5,746 nucleotides of DNA. It comes from a metagenome. The stretch is taken from the sequence record Ga0066861_10003363; one strand, 5' to 3'. Of this stretch, positions 1 to 5,074 are shown in pieces; the first letter of the stretch is position 1; every line of letters begins with the position of its first letter. The position numbers and the translations under genes are program-made. The notes under the pieces were generated by a model, which saw only the letters and a program-made list of their open reading frames with translations, did no database searches and was not told where the DNA came from.

Positions 1-219
1 GTTCAAGAGATCGAACGGACGCCCGAGCCCGTCCGCGGGTCCCCGCGTCCGCGTCTTCCCTTTGAAGACGTCTTCGAGGCGGCGCGCGCGGCTCTCCGCG
101 CGCGCGTCGGCGATACCTCCGCTCGCTCGCTCGACGACATCCATCGCGCGATACACGACGTGCGAATCCAATTCGTCGCCGACGAACGCGCTCGCGCGCT
201 CGCGGGCGTCGGTCGATGA
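1..219 (+). CDS. 3' end of an unidentified protein-coding gene (partial; continues upstream of the window)
   Basis: Frame +1 is open from base 1 to TGA at 217-219. It reads ...LPFEDVFEAARAALRARVGDTSARSLDDIHRAIHDVRIQFVADERARALAGVGR*. Third-codon positions are almost all G/C. It is missing from the ORF track only because it has no in-window start. The 3..548 minus ORF shares the same wobble positions and is R/A/S-rich, so I read it as a shadow. A minus-strand gene starting at the ATG at 290 would sit only 43 nt from the CHMP6 ATG. No protein family recognised. Confidence 0.4.
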   Translation, partial: VQEIERTPEPVRGSPRPRLPFEDVFEAARAALRARVGDTSARSLDDIHRAIHDVRIQFVADERARALAGVGR

Positions 220-281
220 CCCGACGCGCGCGCGCGGGCTCGACCGCCGCCCAAAGTAGTTATACGCGCGAATGATTCATT

Positions 282-287
282 TATATT
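282..287 (+). promoter_or_regulatory. TATA-like element (TATATT) in the AT-rich island upstream of the CHMP6-like gene
   Basis: The only AT-rich patch (about 250-295, agtagttatacgcgcgaatgattcatttatattcatacc) lies between the upstream stop (219) and ATG 334. TATATT sits 47-52 nt upstream of the ATG. This is motif-level evidence only. The same patch could hold the upstream gene's 3'-end signal. Confidence 0.25.
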
Positions 288-333
288 CATACCTCGACGC
301 CACTCCCCCACTCGGCGACGCGCGCGCGCCACC

Positions 334-999
334 ATGGGCGCCGTCGCGAGCGCGATGGCGTGCGCGTCGCCAACCCCCGCGGACGCCTCGAGCGCCGTCG
401 TCGAGGTCACCGAGGTGGACCGGGCCGTGCTCGAGCTCAAGCGCACGAAATCCGCGCTCGAATCGCGCGCGCGCCGCGCTCGCGAGGACATCGCGCGAGA
501 CGTCGCCGCCGCGCGCGAGAACGTATCATCGTTTCCGATCGTCGCCAAGCGTCATCTGCGCGCCAAGCGCGCGCGGGAGGCGATGGTGGAGCGATTGCAT
601 GATTACGAGCTCGTCGTCGAGCGCGCGCTGTTGGAGCTCGACGCCGCGTTGATGACGTCAGAGACCGCGCGAGCGCTGCGCTCGGGGAGAGACGCGTTGG
701 TGACGGTCACTCGCGCGTGCGAGGACGTGGACGAATTGATGCGCGATCTCGAGGGGGTGGGAAGATGGTTCGCCGCGGCGGGCGAAGACGTCCCGGTGCG
801 AGACGACGAAATCGAGGACGAGTACGCCGCGCTCGCGCGCGAGACGACGGAGCGCGCCATCTCGCGGGACGACGCGGACGCGGACATCGTCTCGTTTCCG
901 AGCGTGCCCGCGTCCTCGATCGCGGCGTCGCGCGAGGAGACTGCGGAGGCGACGAAAGAGTCGCCGCGACGGGCGACGGCTGTCCCGAGTCCCGGATAG
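334..999 (+). CDS. VPS20: ESCRT-III subunit CHMP6 / Vps20 (Snf7 family), 221 aa
   Basis: ATG 334 sits in a near-ideal Kozak context (gccaccATGG). The N-terminus MGAVAS fits the N-myristoylation pattern (Gly2, Ser6) typical of CHMP6/Vps20. Several blocks align by eye with human CHMP6: VTEVDRAVLELKRTKSAL with VTEQDKAILQLKQQRDKL; AKRHLRAKRAREAMVERL with KLLLKKKRYQEQLLDR; LELDAALMTSETARALRSGRDAL with IEFTQIEMKVMEGLQFGNECL. There is also an acidic C-terminal region (DDEIEDEYAAL). Stop is TAG at 997-999. Confidence 0.85.
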   Translation: MGAVASAMACASPTPADASSAVVEVTEVDRAVLELKRTKSALESRARRAREDIARDVAAARENVSSFPIVAKRHLRAKRAREAMVERLHDYELVVERALLELDAALMTSETARALRSGRDALVTVTRACEDVDELMRDLEGVGRWFAAAGEDVPVRDDEIEDEYAALARETTERAISRDDADADIVSFPSVPASSIAASREETAEATKESPRRATAVPSPG

Positions 1000-1031
1000 A
1001 GTCGTCCTCGCGAGAGGGCGACTCGCGCGCG

Positions 1032-2234
1032 ATGGGTCGAGCGACGCGCGCGATGTCGGGAGCGCCGAACGCGAGCGGGGAGAGACGCGCGTCGACGTCG
1101 AGGACGCGCGCGCGTCGAACGAGTCGCGCGCGCCGCGCGGGGGCGCCGACGTCGACGCGAAGGGGATGCTTTTTCGGGCGCTCGGACGCCGAGCAATGGC
1201 TCGCCGACGAACGTGGTGATGGCGACGGTGAGGACGCGGACGCGTCGTCGACGAGCGATGCGAGCGTGTCGTCGTCCATCGACGCCGCGTTCGCGAGCTT
1301 GGCGAGACGTAAGCGTGGATTGACGCTCTTCGAACGAGAGTTGGCCAAGGATGAGGACGACGTCGACGTGCTGGCGGCGGCGACGTTCATCGCCATGCAC
1401 GCGAATCCCGACCTCGAAGTCGACGACGTGCGCGCGACCATCGATAATCTCGCGAAAATCGTCATGGAACGTCTGGACGCGGACGTCGAGGAGAGGTATC
1501 CGCTGCGAACGGTGAAGACTATTTCTCGCGCGTGGGCCACCGACTTGGGCTTTCGAGGCAACGTCGAGGACTATTACGAAGTGGAAAACTCGTGCATCGA
1601 TCGCGTGCTCGAGCGAAAGACGGGAATTCCGATCACGCTGTGTTTGGTGTACATGGAAATCGCCAAACGGTGCGGCGTGGAGATGGTGGATGTGGGCATA
1701 CCTGGTCACCTGTTGTGCAGACCCGTCACCGAGGGCATGGAGGTGCTCGTTGACGCGTTCAACCAGGGCGATTTGCTCTTCATCGAGGAAGTGGAGGACA
1801 TCCTGAGCAGGAACTCTCTCTTGGTCACGGGCGAAGACGGCAAAGTGCAGATCGATCGCTCGTTTTTGACGGAGACCAAGGTGCGAAAAAAGGCGTTTCT
1901 CACGCGCATGCTCACCAATCTCAAAGCCGTCTACTTTGCGAGGGAGGATTACGAACGAGCGCTTCAAGTCGTCGAATACATGCCGCTGTGCAACCCGTAC
2001 GAATCGCTGAACGAACCGCTCACGCGCACGCTCGGGGTGTTGTATTTCAAGAACGAGCGATGGATGGACGCTCTCGAGATGTTTTCCCAACTCGAGGCGT
2101 CGGACCCAGAGGTGGACGCGTACGTCGAGCGCATCTCTCGCGTCTTGGCGCTCGAGCGCGACGTCATCGGCGATGATACCGGCACCGACGCGAATGAGAA
2201 CGCAAACGACGATGTAAACGGTACATTTGACTAG
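1032..2234 (+). CDS. SirB1/YchA-like (UPF0162) transglutaminase-like domain plus TPR-like protein, about 400 aa, with a presequence-like N-terminus
   Basis: The track ORF 717.. starts on GTG inside the CHMP6 gene. The first ATG after the CHMP6 stop is 1032, with an alternative at 1053. The core LGFRGNVEDYYEVENSCIDRVLERKTGIPITLCLVYMEIAKRCGVEMVDVGIPGHLLCRP...VLVDAFNQG matches the hallmark of the SirB1-type family (G-x-P-I-x-L...LY.E.A.R.G....V..PGH.L.R...P.F.G). E. coli YchA has the equivalent RQGSAVSLGAVLLWVANRLDLPLLPVIFPTQLILR...LINPFNG. TPR-like helices follow (FLTRMLTNLKAVYFAREDYERALQVVEYM, GVLYFKNERWMDALEMF). Stop is TAG at 2232-2234. Start codon choice is less certain than the gene call. 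Confidence 0.8.
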   Translation: MGRATRAMSGAPNASGERRASTSRTRARRTSRARRAGAPTSTRRGCFFGRSDAEQWLADERGDGDGEDADASSTSDASVSSSIDAAFASLARRKRGLTLFERELAKDEDDVDVLAAATFIAMHANPDLEVDDVRATIDNLAKIVMERLDADVEERYPLRTVKTISRAWATDLGFRGNVEDYYEVENSCIDRVLERKTGIPITLCLVYMEIAKRCGVEMVDVGIPGHLLCRPVTEGMEVLVDAFNQGDLLFIEEVEDILSRNSLLVTGEDGKVQIDRSFLTETKVRKKAFLTRMLTNLKAVYFAREDYERALQVVEYMPLCNPYESLNEPLTRTLGVLYFKNERWMDALEMFSQLEASDPEVDAYVERISRVLALERDVIGDDTGTDANENANDDVNGTFD

Positions 2235-2276
2235 AAACCGCGACCGCTTTAGTATTCTTTAGTAGTACAACATTTG

Positions 2277-2870
2277 TCAGCACTGCCTCGCCCGCCGCGC
2301 GTTCAACTTTTTATTCTTCTTCTTCTTCTTCCTCGCCGCCGCACCGATTCGCTCGGGTTTCTCTCCTACATCCTCCCCAACCTCCCGTCGCCTCTTCCCC
2401 GCGATCCCGACGTCCGAGCGTCCGTCGAAGGCGACCTTTCCGATCGTCCCGCCGCTCGTGCTCGCCCCGCCCGCGCGTTCGCTCGCCCTCTTCGCCGCCG
2501 CTCGATACGCCTCCACGTCCAGCGTCACCCGTCGCTCGATCTCCCGCTCGGGCATCACCCCGCGCACCTCGGGCACGCGCTCGAGCGCCGATCGCGAGTC
2601 CTCCTCCGCGCCCGCGCGCGCCTTCGCCGCCGCGTGCGCCGCCAACTTGGCGTCGATGAATGCGCGCTTCTTCAGGTACGTCTCCGTGCGCGCGCGCTTG
2701 TGCACCGCCTGGACGCGCGCGCTGTGCGCGTACTTTCGCGTCAGGCCCTTGGTGCGCGTGCCCTTGGGGCACGGCATCGTCGTCGCGTCGGCGTCTCTCG
2801 TCGTCGTCGTCGTCGTCTGGTCGCGCGCGCATCCAGCACCGGACCGGTGCGATGGTTTGTTCCTACTCAT
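2277..2870 (-). CDS. Basic, low-complexity protein of unknown function (about 197 aa; possibly nuclear/nucleolar)
   Basis: The minus frame has G/C-rich wobble positions. The product has varied composition: ...GTRTKGLTRKYAHSARVQAVHKRARTETYLKKRAFIDAKL...RVTLDVEAYRAAAKRASERAGGASTSGGTIGKVAFDG...ARKKKKKNKKLNARRARQC*. Stop is TGA (tca at 2277-2279). The wobble-sharing + ORF 2458..2892 looks like junk. There are three in-frame ATGs, at 2969, 2870 and 2777. The segment 2871-2969 drops to about 50% third-position G/C and is AT-rich, so I place the start at 2870. It contains (ACG)6 encoding T6 (2799-2816) and (AAG)5 encoding K5 (2314-2331 region). A weak by-eye resemblance to small rRNA-processing proteins (FYV7/TAP26 type, TR.Y...KK.R....YLK) is unverified. 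Confidence 0.5.
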   Translation of the reverse strand: MSRNKPSHRSGAGCARDQTTTTTTRDADATTMPCPKGTRTKGLTRKYAHSARVQAVHKRARTETYLKKRAFIDAKLAAHAAAKARAGAEEDSRSALERVPEVRGVMPEREIERRVTLDVEAYRAAAKRASERAGGASTSGGTIGKVAFDGRSDVGIAGKRRREVGEDVGEKPERIGAAARKKKKKNKKLNARRARQC

Positions 2871-2988
2871 ATCTCTTGTGTACGAACCATAGGTCCGAGA
2901 CCTGTGTAACTGTGTGTTATTTTTCTGTATGTTCTCATATGGGATTTCATACGTTATGTACTGGTCCATCGGTCCGATGTTGTGTGCA

Positions 2989-3006
2989 CGAATCGAATCG
3001 AATCGA
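2989..3006. repeat. (CGAAT)n pentanucleotide microsatellite, about 3.6 units, in a divergent intergenic region
   Basis: Direct reading gives cgaat cgaat cgaat cga at 2989-3006. It is followed by ccgat ccgat at about 3016-3025. Confidence 0.9.
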
Positions 3007-3285
3007 TCGTCGCGCCCGATCCGATCCGCACACGCGCGACGGCGACGATGCGCGTCGTCGTCGGCGCCTCGCGCGCGCCCGATGGGTTACTCTGTGAGAT
3101 CATGTGCGTCGACGCCAGACGCGAGGGCGACGAGCGATGAGGCGGTGTCGATCGTTTTGAAGACTGACGAACGGGTGTGATGTGATTGCGCGCGCAGGCG
3201 AGATAAATTGCGGTCGCGATCGACGTGGTTGGAGGGAGAGACGACGGTGGGGACGTCGGAGGCGGAGACGGTGACGACGCCGACG

Positions 3286-4257
3286 ATGGATGGGGCGGAG
3301 GCGAGCGGGCGGGGACGGGCGGGACGAGGGACGCCGGGGACGACGCGGGCGACGGCGTTGGCGAGGCGCACGCGGGACGAGGCGGCGGCGAGGGCGAACG
3401 CGGAGGAGGCGAGGGTGAAGGCGATGAGAGAGGGGAAAAAGATGAGCGAGAGTGAGATCAGGGCGACGTCGGAGCGTTTGTACAGGGGCGTGGGCGTCGT
3501 GGAGCGCGAGGGAGGGACGACGCCGAGGCGGAGGGCGAAGGAGGAGGGCGCGGCGGCGTGTACGTTTACGCCGAAAATCAGCGCGGCGAGTCGGAAATTG
3601 GCGCAAAAGTTTAAAGAAAAACAACAGTTACAGCAGCAGCGGTCGCAGGCGGACGGCAAAAAACCCCACAAGAAGCAGCTCGCCGACGCCGGCTCGCCGA
3701 CGACCGCGGCGACGTTGACGACGCGGGAGCGCGCCGAGTTGGCCGAGATCGACGCGCATTGCACGTTCACGCCGACAATTTCTCGAAAATCGCGGGAGAT
3801 TCACGCGAGTTTGGTGCGTCGAGCGTCGAGCGCGACGAAGACGCCGTCGTCGTTCGTCGAGCGCTCCAAGGTGTGGGCGCGACGCAAGGAGGAGATTCTC
3901 GAAGCCGAGCGAGAGGCGAAACGCGAGGGCGATCTGCGAGACTGCACGTTCCAACCGGTGACGTGCGACGCGACGTCGTCGTCGCCGATGGCTGTCGCGA
4001 AGACGCCGACGCCCGGTTTGGAATCGTACCTCGCGCGACAGGAACGCGCTCGAAAGATGCGCGAGGAGAGGGACGCTAAATTGAACCGTCCCGACGGATC
4101 GTCGTGGCGCCACGAGACGACGGTGCCTCAAGAATTTTCGTTCCAAACCGCGTCGACTGCGCGCGCAAAGGGCGACGCGCCCGCGAAACAGTACGCGGAC
4201 GCGCGAAGAGCGCTCAAAAATCGCACGCGGCCACCGTCGAGCGAGAGCGCGGCGTGA
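3286..4257 (+). CDS. Repeat-module protein of unknown function (323 aa) with 3x C-T-F-(T/Q)-P motifs plus one E-F-S-F-Q-T motif
   Basis: The track start 3208 is TTG, with an in-frame TGA at 3178-3180. The first ATG in frame is 3286 (gacgATGG). Wobble positions are G/C-rich throughout. Stop is TGA at 4255-4257. The motifs are ACTFTPKIS (3559-3582), HCTFTPTIS (3760-3783), DCTFQPVT (3943-3960) and PQEFSFQT (4132-4149). They are spaced about 61-67 aa apart, each preceded by a charged helical stretch rich in E, R, K and A. The three long minus-strand ORFs across this region are R-rich shadows. Confidence 0.65.
   Translation: MDGAEASGRGRAGRGTPGTTRATALARRTRDEAAARANAEEARVKAMREGKKMSESEIRATSERLYRGVGVVEREGGTTPRRRAKEEGAAACTFTPKISAASRKLAQKFKEKQQLQQQRSQADGKKPHKKQLADAGSPTTAATLTTRERAELAEIDAHCTFTPTISRKSREIHASLVRRASSATKTPSSFVERSKVWARRKEEILEAEREAKREGDLRDCTFQPVTCDATSSSPMAVAKTPTPGLESYLARQERARKMREERDAKLNRPDGSSWRHETTVPQEFSFQTASTARAKGDAPAKQYADARRALKNRTRPPSSESAA
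3307..3339 (+). other. G-quadruplex-forming motif (six G3-4 tracts) on the sense strand, 21-53 nt after the ATG at 3286
   Basis: Direct reading gives GGG c GGGG ac GGG c GGG acga GGG acgcc GGGG. It satisfies the (G3+ N1-7)x4 pattern with spare tracts. It lies within a strongly purine-skewed stretch (about 3225-3470). Confidence 0.6.
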
Positions 4258-4598
4258 GAAAAATAGCGTTCGATTATTCATTGTACATACAAGCACTGCG
4301 GTGCAGCACGACCTAAATAGTACATCCACCCACCCACTTTATCTATCCATCTACCCATGCCATCCAGCGCCGCTCGCGACGAATCCTCTCGTCACGACTG
4401 CGGCGGCGACGACGGCCGCCGCCATCGCTCGCGCGCATCGCCGCCGCCACCATCGCCCACGCGTTCGATCCGCTCGCCGACGCGTACGGCGCGACGAACG
4501 CGTCGCCCGCGACGCCGACGATTCGCGTCGCCGCGACGCCGACGACGAGGCGCCGCCGTCGACGACGCGTCTCCATCGCGCGCGTCAATCTTCACACG

Positions 4599-4907
4599 AT
4601 GGCGACGACGCGCGCCACCGTTCGCGCGCTCCCTCGGACGAGAATCCCCACCAACGCGAGGAACGCGACGAACGCGAGAAACGCGAGGACGTCCGCGCCG
4701 TCTCCTCGCGCGTCGTCACCACCGCGCGCGATCCCACCGGTGTGGCGCGTCCCCGACGGGTCCAACCCGCTCGAGGCGCTCTTCGCGAGCGATTCCCCGA
4801 TCGACGGTCTCGGCGCGCTCACCGGGTACTGGTACGCCGACGTCTTCGCGGCGATGAACGTCGCGTTGCTCCTCGCCCTCGCGCTGTACGCGTCGGACGA
4901 CGAGTGA
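4599..4907 (+). CDS. Small (102 aa) protein with an organelle-presequence-like N-terminus and a single C-terminal hydrophobic helix
   Basis: ATG 4599 has a good context (A at -3, G at +4), and wobble positions are G/C-rich. MATTRATVRALPRTRIPTNARNATNARNARTSAPSPRASSPPRA is R/T/A/S/N-rich and non-acidic. The sequence then reads ...DGLGALTGYWYADVFAAMNVALLLALALYASDDE*, an aromatic belt, a hydrophobic span of about 17-20 aa, and a short acidic tail. Stop is TGA at 4905-4907. The wobble-sharing minus ORF 4592..4963 has a GTG start and no ATG at all. This layout is like small thylakoid subunits such as PsbW, but I cannot confirm homology. Confidence 0.5.
   Translation: MATTRATVRALPRTRIPTNARNATNARNARTSAPSPRASSPPRAIPPVWRVPDGSNPLEALFASDSPIDGLGALTGYWYADVFAAMNVALLLALALYASDDE
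4653..4688 (+). repeat. 4 x 9-bp in-frame tandem repeat (AACGCGAGG / AACGCGACG / AACGCGAGA / AACGCGAGG) encoding NAR-NAT-NAR-NAR
   Basis: Direct reading. The units are codon-aligned with the 4599 frame and lie inside the presequence-like region. Confidence 0.9.
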
Positions 4908-4918
4908 GACGACCGATT

Positions 4919-4987
4919 CGCGCGCGTCCCCGCGCGCGTCCCATAAACCCTCGTCGGACGCACTCAACCCTCGTCGGACGCCCATAA
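4919..4987. repeat. Cluster of short direct repeats downstream of the small gene
   Basis: cgcgcgcgtccc appears twice in perfect tandem (4919-4930 and 4931-4942). aaccctcgtcggacgc appears twice with a 20-nt period (4946-4961 and 4966-4981). The pair is flanked by cccataa at 4940-4946 and 4981-4987. Confidence 0.85.
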
Positions 4988-5074
4988 CCTTGACGGTCTC
5001 AATGCCGACGCGTGGGGGGTCTAGATTTTACGAAGGGTTCGTCGTCAGTAGACGTCATACAAAGACATACGGAC

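Noticed and set aside
3-548. 181-aa minus-strand ORF spanning the first intergenic region and the CHMP6 5' end
   Set aside because: The part over 334-548 is antisense to CHMP6. The part over 3-219 shares wobble positions with the more protein-like plus frame. It would have to read through the AT-rich promoter-like island. The product is R/A/S-rich.
717-1031. N-terminal 105 aa of the track's 505-aa ORF (717..2234)
   Set aside because: The start is GTG, and this segment overlaps the CHMP6 CDS in another frame. It is almost pure R/G sequence. The first ATG downstream of the CHMP6 stop (1032) is the plausible start.
603-2090. 495-aa minus-strand ORF, the longest minus-strand ORF in the track
   Set aside because: It starts on TTG (caa at 2088-2090). 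It lies antisense to two genes with recognisable homology (CHMP6 and SirB1-like). Its product is R/H/V/S-rich with no recognisable domain. This is a typical high-GC antisense shadow. The same applies to 707..1561 (-).
2274-2909. Plus-strand ORFs 2274..2909, 2458..2892 and 2660..3097, and minus ORF 2311..2832
   Set aside because: These are alternate-frame or antisense shadows of the 2277..2870 minus gene. Their products are dominated by R/A/S/L or R/G/E runs. The 2458 ORF merely shares wobble positions with the real frame.
2914-3180. 88-aa plus ORF in the divergent intergenic region
   Set aside because: It starts on GTG. It begins in the AT-rich island with an implausible F/Y/M/C-rich peptide and then becomes R/S-rich. 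It shows no coding periodicity.
3094-3197. Possible intron (GTGAGA donor at 3094, CAG acceptor at 3195-3197) joining ATG 3048 to the repeat-protein gene
   Set aside because: Splicing 3093 to 3198 puts the downstream sequence in the wrong frame and hits a stop within about 25 codons, so it does not extend the 3286 CDS.
3087-4329. Minus-strand ORFs 3087..3770, 3100..3624 and 3628..4329, and plus ORFs 3225..3455, 3452..3718 and 3759..4079
   Set aside because: All overlap the 3286..4257 gene. Their products are R/P/S or G/D/R low-complexity sequence, whereas the chosen frame shows the periodic CTFxP modules and balanced composition.
4301-4987. 228-aa (4301, GTG start) and 166-aa (4357) plus ORFs, and the 123-aa minus ORF 4592..4963 with an apparent TM segment
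   Set aside because: The two plus ORFs give extreme Arg-rich products. The minus ORF starts on GTG, has no ATG anywhere, and shares wobble positions with the 4599 frame. Its hydrophobic stretch is just the reverse reading of the NAR repeat. The 4357 ATG is kept only as a uATG issue in the findings.
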